Below are positions 13,001 through 25,682 of a DNA stretch of 64,000 bases, in pieces (within the stretch, counting starts at the first letter, position 1; every line of letters begins with the position of its first letter). The notes under the pieces are model-generated. The model saw only the letters and a list, made by a program, of their open reading frames with translations. It did not search any database and had not been told where the DNA came from. The position numbers were made by a program, and so were the translations under genes. Origin of the DNA: Pocillopora damicornis (Eukaryota); the NCBI RefSeq assembly GCF_003704095.1, contig NW_020844050.1, positions 62,001-126,000 on the forward strand, given 5' to 3'.

Positions 13001-15195
13001 ATTAACAGGGAGACCAAGCTGCTGCTAGCCGAGTGCAACTTTTGATTTACATTATCTGAAATGGTAGCATGAGGATAGCTACTGTAATTTTGGAGCACTA
13101 CCTTTTATTTATTTCTGTAGAGACATGCTCAGGCGTGCATGCAGTGGCGCAGATGGCACAAATGACGAAATTAGCAAATTTCTCTAGAGTTCGATATAAT
13201 CATTAAATAAAGCAAATATTTTTGTTGTCTCCAATTCAGGTCATATGTGTTTTTAAAGTTTAAGTTAATTCAGTTTCAAATGAAGAGGTGGATGTTACAT
13301 ATTTTGGTATAGGGTATGAAAATGGGCGAAGAATTCAGACGTGTATCAAGAGCAATTATCACGGGCTTGAGTGCAAAAACGACTTACAGTGTTTGGATGA
13401 CAGCCTCTACGGCCAGGAAAGAAGGCGCAAAATCCAATATCATCACTGTTCAAACATGTAAGAAAATACTGAAATCTTCCACCTGTTTATATATTCGTTC
13501 ATCTGAGTCTGAAATCCCTTTCCGTGAAGCATGGACAGGAAACCCAAAAATGTCTGACGGAAAGTCTGTTCACGACTTTCGTGTAAGCTCATTCGCTTAA
13601 GCTGATGGCGTGCCGTCTTAAGAAAATTTTGAATTGTTGCTGTGATTAGTTTTTTAATAGATTACGAACAACGCAAGACTAGTTTACCTTTATGTAATAT
13701 CAAGGCGTTGTTATGGACGAGGAGTGGATAGTGTTGTTTTATTTCTTGCATCTATTTTCCTTTAGATGAAGACGAATGTGTGTCTAATCCTTGTCAGCAT
13801 CATGGAAAATGTCACGTGGATGGCATGTCCTATTTGTGTAATTGTTTAAGAGCCTGGGAAGGAGCAAACTGTGAAAGTAAGTGAAAAGTACTTAGATTTT
13901 ATGATCAGTTGCAAGTGGTGATTTTTGACATGAAGGTGACTCAGTCTTTAACTCCCAGCACCTACCTCAGTTCAAAAGAGAACTTGACTAAAATCTGCTT
14001 TTCAGTGTAATTTTTCCACCCTTACCAAAGGTGTTCAAAGGTGTTATAAACCCCATCAAACTGACGTCATTTTACTGCAGGTGAGAGACAAAAAATGCCT
14101 CTTTGACTTAAACTTAACCAAGAATTCGTTAATATTGACAAAGCGATGGAGCCCTGGCAGGTAAAAAATAAGAGGACACAAAAAGGCTTACTTAATTCTA
14201 CCAAAAGTCTGTTAGGTCTACTCCTGTGTTATTATTAAAACTGCAGTCTTTATTTGTTTCCTGTCCTCAAAAATTGTTGTCTTATTTCAAATGTGAATAA
14301 TGTTCGGTATTTTGAAGACCATTTCAGAGACAGGTCTCTTGTATCCTTGACTTTTGAGCACAAAGTTTTTGGTTTGCATTTATTCACATTTTACGTATTA
14401 TTCATGATATGTATATATTCTTTTGCAGTTCCTGAAAGTTTTGTTATGCAGAAAAACCTCTGTATCGACACAGGAGGAGGAAACAAGCTTCCTTTTCAAA
14501 CAAATGTTTCCTTGGAGTTTTGCTCCGGAAAGTGTAGAGAGAATTTAAGGTAAGGGGAATGTGCAAATACACCCACACACACCCACACAAACACCTATTA
14601 AAGGGAGTCCTCTGAAGGTAGCCTAAGAACATTTGCTTTTGAGAACGTATAACGCTAGCAATGAAAAACACCTATCTGTTTGTGTACCACCGAACATATT
14701 GTACGTAAGTTGTTTCACTTATCCCAAATAGCTTTAGTGTATGAATTTTAAAGAAGGAGAGTTGAAACTCATCAAACCCAAAGGCGACCAGAAGTTTAAT
14801 TAAATAGTTTGAACTAATCGAGTCCAGAAAGCATCTGGAATAAAGAAAAGTTTCCATTTCAAAAAACTATACCATTCCAACTACTTGCGTGAAGATCAGA
14901 AACTCCTCTGTAATTTTCTTTCTCACGAGATGTACCTTTCTTGTGTTCAATCAGCTGTAAATCGTTTGAATATGGACTGGGATATGGAAATAATGGAACA
15001 TTCGTTAAATCTCTTCGTCGACATGGTCTTGGAATATGCAAAATGCAAGGAGTGGACGCGACAGAGAGAGTCCTTATCGCTTGTAACTATGACTACTATG
15101 AGAAGAGAACTCCTGTATCAGCAGGTTCAATATCTTCTTTGCCATATAAGGCGCTTATAACAACTTTAGCGTTAATGTTTCTTCTCCAGAAATAG
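10011..15195 (+). CDS. Predicted 404-aa cell-surface protein: signal peptide, FN3-like (Cys-rich insert), FN3, EGF, PAN/Apple, GPI-anchor-like tail
   Basis: Seven phase-compatible GT-AG exons: 10011-10083, 11515-11910, 12386-12513, 13313-13457, 13766-13876, 14429-14549, 14955-15195 (1215 nt). FN3 motifs (PSAVRDV..VTWFPP..G.I..Y; ITGLSAKTTYSV), EGF (DECVSNPCQHHGKC...YLCNC...WEGANCE), PAN (FCSGKC..SCKSFEY..C..DYYEK), hydrophobic C-terminus. Confidence 0.85.
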
Positions 15196-15414
15196 CAGGG
15201 GGCGCAAAATTTACAATCAGCGCCAGCTTTAATGTAAATAATGCACCGTGATGTACAAAACAGATTATATACTCCTGAATGTAACTGAATGGATTACATG
15301 TACCGCATGAGCCCAGCTAAAAGCTCTTCCAATGGTCTTGACTTATCTATCACAGTAGTTCAAGTTATGTCCTCTTTGGTGAGAGTTCTTCTCTTTACGC
15401 TTTACATACTGTTC

Positions 15415-15568
15415 TTAATAATGTACATGAAAAAAATACGTGCTTCTTATCAGCTGAAAACGAGTGCATTGTCATGCAACACGAGTGCAAATTACAAATA
15501 GCGCGTGCACGCTTCCAAAATTTCATCTGTCTTGACCTTCTGCGATGTCTTTTCATGTACATTATTAA
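15415..15568. repeat. Palindromic MITE-like repeat
   Basis: 'ttaataatgtacatgaaa' pairs with 'tttcatgtacattattaa'; internal 'acgagtgca' repeats. Confidence 0.55.
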
Positions 15569-16019
15569 CAAGTAGTAACATGATTTCGAGTGCAATTTGG
15601 TGTACGCGACCACGGTAAAAAGTAGTCATCAGTTGTTACCACTATCCTTTTCAGATCAAGGATGACCTAAACATGTACAAAAAGAACATGCTACAAGCAA
15701 TCATTACCTTCTTTTAGGGAAGTTTCTTTCATTATTATTTGTTTAAGAAAGGAAAACAGTCTTAAAGGGGGGTAAATTTCTGGGGAAACTGTGGTGCTGC
15801 GTCGGTGTGGGAGTGTAATAAGATAATGTGTTTAACAAATGAGTTCATGATGTAAGTTGGCCACCGCTGGCCACCGTGAAGAGTTCGTCAGAGAAAAGAG
15901 TTTAGAGTTACTTAATATTTGATATAGTTCTTACGTTCTAAACTGACTTTTTTATTTCTTTCACTATCAAATATACTTACTTAAGGAAGATAATAGTTCT
16001 TCGTTGGTTGAGGGCGACA

Positions 16020-17000
16020 AATTACAACATTTCATGTTTTTGTTTTCAAAGTCAATTTATCTGTTGTTGTTAGTCAGTCATGTAAATTGTTCAGTCCAGC
16101 ATTGATCGTCTGTTCTGAAGACTTGAGGTCCTTGTCAACGTAAAGAATATAAGTGTCATTCGCAAATAAGGAAAATTTAATTTTATTTGAACATAAGTAA
16201 ATGTCATTTAGATAATACGACTGGAACTACTCGGTAATAATTCCCCATAAACCATAAAAATTTTGTTTATCAAGTAGTATTTTGTGATTGACAGTGCCAA
16301 AAGCCTTTTTTAAATCAATGGTAATACCACATGTAATGCTTACCTGTATTGTTCTGCATAGTTTTAACAGTATCAAGGATCACATGATTTAAGGAGTGTG
16401 TCTCACGGAAGCCATATCATGAGGAATGTTTTATCGTGTTTATGCCAATAAATTCCTTCATTCTTTAATACAGTAGCTTTTCAAAAATTGACTTGCAATT
16501 TGAAAAGAGAGAAATCGGTCGGTAATTAGAAGCATCAGTCTGTTCCTCACTTTTTAAGGTAAGTGTAATTTTGTGAGATCTTAAATTTGAAGGGTGGACA
16601 CCAAACGTAAGAGAAGTTTTAAAAATTTTCGACTGGACAGGAGATAAAATGTCGCATGAGCATTTAAGACATTGGGCAGGAAAAGAGTACAAACCATATG
16701 ATTTGTTGTTTGGTAGTAATAAAACGTCGCATTGCCTCAGGACGTCATCTGGGGCAATGGGCCGGTTAAAAAAAAAGAAAGAATCAGGTGATTTTAATAA
16801 TTGAGATAATCCATATGATTACTTTTCGTAGTAGTTTACTTGCTAGTTTGGTGCTCACACTTGCGAAATGTTCATAAAGAATGCTTGGTATGTGTGATGG
16901 GTCACTAATGACTTGACTGTTATTATTTGGGTCTCAGTATAATGTGGTTCTCATTTTATGATATCTGTTTTGGTGGTTTAATCATTCATTGGTTCCTTAC
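16020..17000 (-). mobile_element. Decayed CR1/L2-type LINE reverse transcriptase fragment
   Basis: Minus-strand RT motifs SNYRPISL..IFEKL (~16480-16530), IDLKKAFGTVNHKILL (~16275-16320), YLNDI and LFANDT (degenerate YADD, ~16155-16215), broken by stops and frameshifts. Confidence 0.88.
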
Positions 17001-17519
17001 CACGTTTTTTTTTTCATATTATATTTACCTTTTTAATAAACAATCAAAGTTATATTGCTTTTGCTTAATCCCTTTGATTTAAAAGTGTCTTTAAAGCGGA
17101 ACCACTCAAATAAAACATGTTCATTTCCCGGAATCCGTTCCAGAAGTATTCTGATCAGCAAGTTTAAAAAAAAAAAAGCGTTTTTATCATTCTTTCGCAG
17201 AGTTCTGAGAATTTCGCACACGTTAGTTTAGTAATCTTGGGCTGTGTATTTTCACTTGATTCAGGCTTCATTGTTGCTAATTCAGCATTACACGTTCCGT
17301 TGTACGATCCACCTATTGTATTCCAATTTAACTCAAGGTTGCAAAAAGTGCTTCATCTGTTAGCTAGGGAAATCCTCAGCTACTTAATTCCGTGTGGGAT
17401 TCAAGGCTTGCTCACGTTCTACAACGGTTCGTGGGCACTAATTTCCTATTAAACATGGGTTGTGTTCCTACGCACTTAAGTTGCTTAACGCCCTGGAAAT
17501 ACTTAATTAGATATATCAC

Positions 17520-18425
17520 TGTTCGCAGGACTCACTTTATTATCCTTTACCTCTTCCTACTTTAACGGTGACGTTAATAATTCACTTAAACGGTACAAAA
17601 ATTTTACTAAACGGTAACGAAATTATAACTTACTAGATACACAATTAAAATATAATAAATAAAGGAAATCAGTTTTGAGCGTAGAAACGCTTCAAGGCAT
17701 TCTTCCCCCTTTGACTCGTCTACGAGTGAAGTATTTTAAGTTTGTGTTTCATCGCGCATCTGCTGCTGCAGCGGGTCTAGGGTTACTCCTAGGACCTTCT
17801 CGACTCTCTCGAGCACTTTCCCGTGGTACTTTGGATGGGGTCTCGCTTCGCACTTCAACGGGGTAGAGTTTTTTAAGGAGTCTGGACATGCGTAAGGACT
17901 TCTCTTTAGCAATGACTCGAATGTTTGCACCCTTAACTACGTCATCTTTACCTTTGACGAGACTCTCTATAACTGCCGTTCTCCACTCTAAACGCTTCTT
18001 ATTCTCGTCGAAAACTGTGACTACATCTCCACTCCCTGCGCTCTTTGCATTTTTACCTGCCTTACTTGCGTAAGTTAGCCATGTACTCACGGCTCCACCG
18101 ATTCCAAAAATGTGTTAATCTAACGCTCAAATATGTAAATCTTTGAGTGTATCTACTCTCATCTTCTTCGCCTTCAACAATTCCTACAACAGGAATTGTC
18201 TTGATTCTTCTCCTGAAGATCAAGTGCGATGGAGTCAGAACTTCTTTGCCAACTTCGTCGAACACGTAAGTGGATGGGAGTTCAAGGTCTCTTCCACTTC
18301 GATTAACATGGTAGACAAAACGTCGAGGTAGCCTTGCATCACCCAACACCTTTCTCAGACGACGCTCCACACATCGAAAAACCCACCCCACCTTTGAGGG
18401 GCCCGCTTTGAACTAAACTTCCATT
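17520..18425 (-). mobile_element. BEL/Pao LTR retrotransposon remnant: integrase C-terminus, PPT and 3' LTR
   Basis: Minus-strand WKF...AP..WGGFF, LTPSHL, HFWNRWSREY, GDVV.V.DE...W....IE....GKD.VV..A, LYP.E. Polypurine tract AAAGGGGGAAGAA (17700-17712) abuts a 180 bp TG...CA LTR (17699 to 17520) that contains AATAAA. Confidence 0.9.
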
Positions 18426-19470
18426 CGTCTTTTGCCGAACGACTCTTTTTTGCCTGAATTATTTTCGGTCCCTCCATGTGCAAATTCTGAGCTCACAAAC
18501 TCTCACTTTCAAACTAAAGTAATGTGCAGAACCCTTTCGGTGGAAATGCGTATTATTTCAACGGTGACGAGGATGAAAAAATCACTTTCTTATCAGAGGA
18601 TCTGCAGGGTTTCGCGCCTTTGAAAACCTCGGAAATGGCCGACAGAGTCCACCACAATCTTGAAATAATACATTCTTGTATCATTGGATTTCTAAATGCT
18701 CTTCACCGGAACGTTAATTTGTCAACATTTGAAAGTGTAATCTCCTAGGTAGGTCACCCCCATCAGTTCATTGAATCCTGAACTGGGTAGCCTGGACTCA
18801 GTCGTTAATTAACACCAACCATGAATAAGAAATTGATCCTTTTCCCAAAAAACCTTAGTCTAAGAATTAACATTAAAGTAAACAGATTAATGAGGTTATC
18901 AAATAGTGAAATGAATGGACTGGCCGTTTAAATGAAAACATATGATCATGAGGCTGACCTCCACTTTAATCACAGTGCATCTAAAATTACGTTTGCTCAT
19001 TCCAAGTGCATACAATAATTTAAGAATGAAATTATCTTCCTTCGTCACAATGTACACTCTTTAATATACATTATTCCTAGTTTTGAAGTGTAGAATTCTG
19101 TTGTAGAGTTATCCAAAGATGCTTCTTCAAAGCTCGTTGTATCTAAAGTACCTTTCTTTGATCATGCTAATAAACTTTTCTAAAAAAATTTGCTCACAAA
19201 ATTCTATCAGTGAAAGTTAAAGAGACCAAGATTTTTTCTTTTTTCTTTTTCCTGAGCAATTATGAAAGTTACACCTTTCATTAATCAGTAGATCTTGAAC
19301 TATTTTGTTACTAAAAGAGACTTTAGGTTGAAGGACCATACAGTTGAAACTGGCTTTACCCTTAAAGGGGGAACCAAAATGGCAAAATTTCCTCTTTGAC
19401 AGATAATTCAATCTGTTCCAAGAAATTATTTACATTTGTGAATATAAGTGTTTAAAGAGATGCATGTCAA

Positions 19471-22400
19471 TCATAACTCCTTCCTGTACTGTCCAACCAG
19501 ACGAAGACGGGGATAAATCTGTGGATCAGTTCCCTTAGGAATGGCTGTCTGACTGAGACTGAAATAGGGTGCAGAAAGAAAATAAATTAGACCATATTCT
19601 TTGACAATAAAAATAAATCAATATTGCACTCAATTGAAATCTATACACATGCAAACTTGCCCCTCAAAAATACTTGCAGTGAAAGGCTTTCTGCATTTTT
19701 GCAGCTTAACACACTTATCAAACTTCCCTGAAAACATTTAGCAATAGAAAGAGGTGGAATGGAAAAGAAATGAAAATTAAAATCTCATTTGAAACCTGAA
19801 TCTTTGCTTGGATATCAAAAATGGAAGCGCAGTCAAACCTGTATCAAGCAGTCACCCAAGGAGAATGGTGGGATGACTGCTCAATACAGGTTCCAGTTCT
19901 CTGATAGAAAACTCCACTCAACCCTTTGACTCCCAAGATCTCATTAGCAATTCTCCTTACTGTCTGCCATAAAATACATGTACTTATGATTTTGATTTGG
20001 AGAATTTGGTATTGGATCAACATGTAGTTCCCTAATTGAGTTTTCCTCTTTATTCTCATCACTTGTATGCTTGATACTGCATTGATAATGTAAGGAGAAA
20101 TTATCTCTTGGTCACTCATGGGAACTAAAGGGTTAATGTACAAACCCTTGCTTAAAAGTACTTCAAACATTGATTTCAGGAAAGAAATATGGATTAAATT
20201 TAACTTGAAAGATTCTTCTCTGATCAATTTTAGTGGTTCCCCTAAAAGTGACTATTCAATACAGGTGGAAAACAATGCAAACAGGCCCTTGGGACTCAGT
20301 AAAGGGTAACCATGGCTGCATAATAGAGGTAAAAATTACAATAACTTTCGGACTTTGAAGACCTACCACTTAATACAGAGTGACTGCTTAATACAATACC
20401 CCTCACTAGTAATGCAGGTTTGACTGTACTTACTAAATTCCCTCCAGTGAAGCATGTGAATGTGCACTTGTCATAAGCAGCTTAAATGTTTCTTCCTTAA
20501 GGGCTACATAACATTTGAGGTATTTGTCATCAGCAAATGTAACTGACTGTCTCCATTTTTCCAGGTATTTGAGACCTGATAATCCACAAAAGAAACAAAA
20601 TAAATTATATTAACCCTATGAAATATTGATAAATAGTTGTGCAAAAAACAGATGGTACAAGTTAGTTTGTTTGGTGAAACATGATGGAAATAATTATAAC
20701 ACTCTGTATCAAACTCAGTAGGCTATCACAGTGTGCAACAAGCTACGATTTATTTTGCTAGGCCTGAGTTACTTGGTAGCTCTTTACAAGACCACTGTGT
20801 AACTTCCTCTTTCAGCCAAAAGTTTTTGAGAATGAACAAGAACATTCACTCAACCAATCAGTTAAAAAATGCAATCTTGATACATGTGAATCATCTGAGC
20901 ACACTGACAAGAAAATTTATACAATAATGGACCAGGGAACTCATCTTAATGCCTAGGGGATATACTCAGTGCAGTAGACCTTAGTTAAAATGAGAAATCA
21001 ATATCACTAGATCAATGTTAGCATTGGTGAATTTTATAAGCTTGGATTCAACTGTAGATAATATTCATGCAATAATCACTAACAAACCCAAAAAAATTTT
21101 AGCAACCACCAGTCCTGTTTTATTTACCGTATCCCCTCGTTAAATTTTTTTTTATTCTCATCACTTGTCTGTTTGATATTGTACTGAAATTGAAAGGAGA
21201 AATTCTGTCTTGATCACTCATGGGAATTAAGGAGTAAAGTTGCTACATGAAAATTTGTTACCTGGAAATAATTTGGTCGCAGGACTGAACTCCAAAGACC
21301 TGGCAGTTTCTGTAGGTTGATCTGAAGGATGCTGTGCCACAGGACTCCAAAGGTACAGATGCCTCAGTTTTGGCAATTCACATAACTTTGTGCCAAGTTC
21401 AGAAATTCCTTCTTCACTGAGCAGGTTGCCCTTAAAATCAAGGCACTTCAATGACGAGAAAGATTTAAATGAGGTAAAAAGTGCATTTAAACCTGCTTCA
21501 GTGATGTTGTTGTATCCCAGACACAGTTCTTTCATTTGGCAAATGTAGGGAGCAACAGTTGCTAATGCTGCAACACCAACATCCGAAATGCAATTAGACT
21601 TCAATGATAGTTTGCATAGATAAGGTGTACAATTGAAGCCCTCACTAAGAGTCACAAGTCCCTTGCATGTGATCTGATTTTTGTCTAGAAGCAGTTCTGA
21701 GAGGCCAGGTACACAGGGAAGGGCACTTGCCAAACTTTCAGCACCTTCATCTTGAAAGGCATTGCCAGATAAGTCTAAATGGACAAGCCTTGGGGTCTTT
21801 CTAACACAGTCTCCAACAAACTTTCCTTGATGTAGCAAGTTTGCAGAAAGATCCAACTTTGTCAATTTTGGGCAGTGTGCAAAGGCTTCACCAAGGACTG
21901 TAAAAATGATTCTAGAAGTCTCACTAGCAACATCTGTCTTCCGATTTACATCATGAAGGGATAGATTTTCCAGATGAGGGACCTTGGGCAGTCCAGCTGT
22001 CAGTGCCTTTACACCCTCAGCTCCAAGGTCGATGTTGTTTTCAAGGCTTAAACTGGTCAGGGTGGCAGTACAAGACAACTTCTTTGACAAGTATGCCACA
22101 CTGATCTGGGTTAACTTACAGCCACTCAGATCCAGAGATTTCAAATTAGGGACAAACTTCAGGGCATCAATGACATCTTTCATGTCTTCATCTCCAAGTC
22201 CACTGTAGCTCAAATCAAGATGAAGCAGGTTTGGACAGGACTTCATAATTAATGCAAAGTCATCGCCAATATCTCGCCTAGATGCATTTCCACTGAACAC
22301 AAACCTCTCCAAAGGAAGGTTGGGGGACAAATTCCTGCTGAAGGCTTCTACCACACCATCCCCTACAATGTTCTGATTGAAGCACAATTCTCTCAGAGAA

Positions 22401-25400
22401 GGCATTTGTGAAAGAGAATTTGCAAAAAAGGCAGCAGTCTGCTTTTCTAGCTGACTGTGTTCTAGAACAAATGAGTTGAGGTCAGGGTTGTTTTGCATGA
22501 AATATGTCATAGCTCGCACACCATAAGGACTGATATCACGACCAGATAACTTCAAGATTCCATCAAGAAGAGTTGCCCCCAATTTACTGGCAAGGTGGCC
22601 CTGGTGGGACTCAAACAGAGCAAGAACAAACATTTCAAGGAAGTCATTTGCTTCACAAGAGTCAGAAGTGTTGATGGTTTCTTTGAGATTTTCAAGCAAG
22701 GGTACAAACACAATCTCAAAGTTGTCCCCAACAAGCCCAGAAACAAAATTTAGTAGAAGAGAGTCAGAGACTTTTGTAACACATTTCAAGGTTAGAGAAA
22801 GGACTTTCTTCAATCTTAATGGATCATTTGCAGTGCAATTAATTTCACGACTTAGCCACAATCCTGCCATATACTCTTGGAAAGACTTGTGAACAAAGCA
22901 GCACTTCTGCACTGGCTTCAGTCTGGAAGTGCTTGTCTCCTGTGACAACAAACCAAGTTCAAAGACAGTTTTGTTAGATAACTTCTTCTCCAATGCTTGC
23001 ACATCAAACAGGAGATTGTCTTCAAGTAAAGCATTCAAAGAAATCTCTCCTAGAACTAGCAGGTCATTATAAAGATCCTTGGGGATATCTTCCAAGTCAG
23101 TGAACACCCCATCTTTAGCCTCACCACCTGCAGCATTCTTGGCAAAGTATCGCTTTACCATGAGTAAAATTAGCTCTGTAAAAAGAGTTGTAAGTGTAGA
23201 CAGAGCTTCAAAGGCAGTGTCTGGGGCATCCTCCCACAGAGCACATATCAGCATGGCTGTCAAGGGAACCTTTGCAATGTCCTCAATGACTGGATGTGTT
23301 TCCAGTTCAGACAACAACAGCTCAGCAGTACTAGCATCATCTTGAAAATATTTTAGCACATAGCTTCTAATGTTTTCAGTGGTGAATCCTGTAATAACCA
23401 ATCGTGTGTCCATCATTCGTTGGATATGTGTGGTTTTACCTGGCCTTGATGTGAGAACAACACAGGAATTTCGAAAAATTCTTCCACTCAGAATGTCTTG
23501 GAGGTGAGTCAGGCATGACAAGTTTGCTTCATCAAAACCATCTAGAAGAAAAAGGACTTCTCTCTGATGGGAAGCAAGGTAACTAAGCAATTGAGACACT
23601 GGAATGGGAAAATCAGAAGGAAACAACTGCTGGATGATAGCGTCCTTGAAACTTCCCTTTATTTGCTTCAGCTCGATGAGAATTACAACTGTGAACGGCA
23701 GTACCTTGCCATCACACCTAGACCAATCATGAGCAATCTTACACAGAAATGTGCTCTTTCCTACACCTGCTTCACCTTCCACCAGTATTCGTCTTGGTTT
23801 AGAACATCCAGGGCGACTACAAAACATCATGGGGTAAGAATCCAAGGGATTTTGAATACACCTTCTACCCTGTGACACCAATGATATGATTTCCAAATTG
23901 GTGTAAATGTGGTCTATGTGAATCTGGAATGAGTCATTCCAGGAGATTGGCTGAATCCAACCGATGTTTTTTTGATAATGATCCCATAGGGATTCTTGCA
24001 TATGATGTAAAACTGCATCACCTGATTTGTTCTTCACTAAAAAAAAAATAAAAAATTACAAAACATAACTAATTAAAAGAACAAATCGGAATACAATCAT
24101 TACCATTACAATTTCCTCAAAGGTGAATGGTGCAGACTAGCTGCTTTATTTTTCATTAATCATTTTGTAGAGTTGTAATCAGACTGTGTAATTAGACAGT
24201 TGACTGTAATTGGACAGTTGAAGCAGCCAAACATACTTAGTCCTTTCAGTCAAATCCACCAATCACAGAATTGATCACAATAACCATAGCAACAACCACT
24301 TATCCTAAAAAAGTTGTGGAATTTCCAAAGTTGAGGAATTTTTAGACATTGTCTCTACTATATGTGTTTGTTCTAAATGTATTTGTTGTTGTTGTTGGAC
24401 ATTGTAACAGTCATGATTAATTGGTTAAAGGACTTTATATCATCCAATTCTGTCTTAAGTCATACTCGTGATTGATAATTCAGCCTCCTGCTTCGCAGTT
24501 GTCTGATTTTGTTAATCACTTGTATGATTACAGACCAAATTGGACTCCACTCGGTACTATTACTATTATTAACTGAGACATCATAGTTATCCATTTAGAC
24601 GAGTTATTCATGGCTGATAGACAATAAATGAAGCGAAAACGTTTGAAACACAGGGGAACAGAGCAAATGCTACCAAAGGTCTGAAGTGCAATTCCTTATG
24701 GGGACTCAGAATCTTTTCTTTGTCCCAACCTCACGACAAGATAAAAAAATGTCTTTCTCCAATGCTATTGTTGTCAGCCATAGCTTTGCAGGTATGAAAC
24801 TGTTGACTTCAATTGGAAGCCTGGACAGCCCCCTTGCTAGTCAGTTAGTGTATATGATATATAACTGTGCTTTGCATATTAAACAAAAAAGTCAAAATTT
24901 AAACCTCATTTTACTCAATTTGAGTTTCTTATGTATGCACAAATCAGAGATGTTTGAATGTTTCGATAAGTTTATTTTAGTTTATGCATTTTTTTTTCAG
25001 TACCCATTGTACTCATAAAATGAAAAAAAAAAACATGCATTTGTAGCATAGCCTCTTTCTTGTCTCAGTCTGGAAAACCAATCATGATAGATACCGTACA
25101 ACTTTTCTTCTCGGCCGAATACTCAACCTGTTTCTCCATTTATTCAATCTAACAACAGGTCAGCAAAGTGAAAAGAATATCGTGATTTTTGCCCTCTTAA
25201 AGTATGGATCAAAAGGCTTAATAGCGAATTATAATCATACTAAACGTGGTTAGCAAATTGGGCTGCGAGAACCCAACTACATGAAGGCGCAGTGTACTAA
25301 TACAAGAAATTTCCGTAAATCGTTACTTAGTAATTTTCAACGTAATTACAAATGGCAGCTGTACTTCCCACAAATTTGATGACTGTTCAACAAAAAGACT

Positions 25401-25682
25401 ACAATTAGAAAGGTGAAATCTAGCTTACTAACCTTTAACACCGTGTAATTCATCTTTGAGATCAAAGCGATTTATCTCGGATAACAGTTCTGCCAAAAGC
25501 TCCGTATTTCCTTCACTCAATAGGTTCCTGTTTTCTAGCTCATCGAACAATTCAAGCGGGCGGGCAATCTTCTCCAAAACACCGACAGGAATATGCTGTT
25601 TACAAACAAACTTTAACTGACCCAGTTCGTCGTTTGTTATTCCATTTGAGACAGAGAGAAGCCTGGCTCGAAACTGATCCAT
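19471..25682 (-). CDS. NOD-like receptor, DED-NACHT-LRR (~1084 aa predicted)
   Basis: Exons 25682-25433 (FADD-like DED, MDQFRARLL...RFDL), 24036-21262 (Walker A GEAGVGKST, Walker B FLLDGFDE, LTSR, WHD FVHKSFQEY, many RI-like LRRs), and predicted 20575-20434 and 19558-19471. All phases compatible (3255 nt). The last two exons are less certain. Confidence 0.9.
19922..20132. mobile_element. piggyBac-type MITE (~210 bp)
   Basis: CCCTTT...AAAGGG termini flanked by tcaa/TTAA. Related copies at ~21135-21240 (partial), 49736-49860, 52784-52966 and 55052-55244. Confidence 0.8.
24660..24760 (+). mobile_element. tRNA-derived SINE-like repeat fragment
   Basis: 'aaggtctga..tgcaattcct...ttctttgtccca...tctttctc' matches the copy at 58551-58690 and the reverse copy at ~2765-2865. 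Confidence 0.55.

Noticed and set aside
19844-20227. 127-aa minus-strand ORF
   Set aside because: Mostly reads through a piggyBac-type MITE; a candidate exon near 19900 gives in-frame stops when joined to the NLR.
24734-24836. Possible extra phase-1 NLR exon between DED and NACHT
   Set aside because: The frame is open but the acceptor is weak and it overlaps a SINE-like repeat; the direct DED-NACHT join is already in phase.
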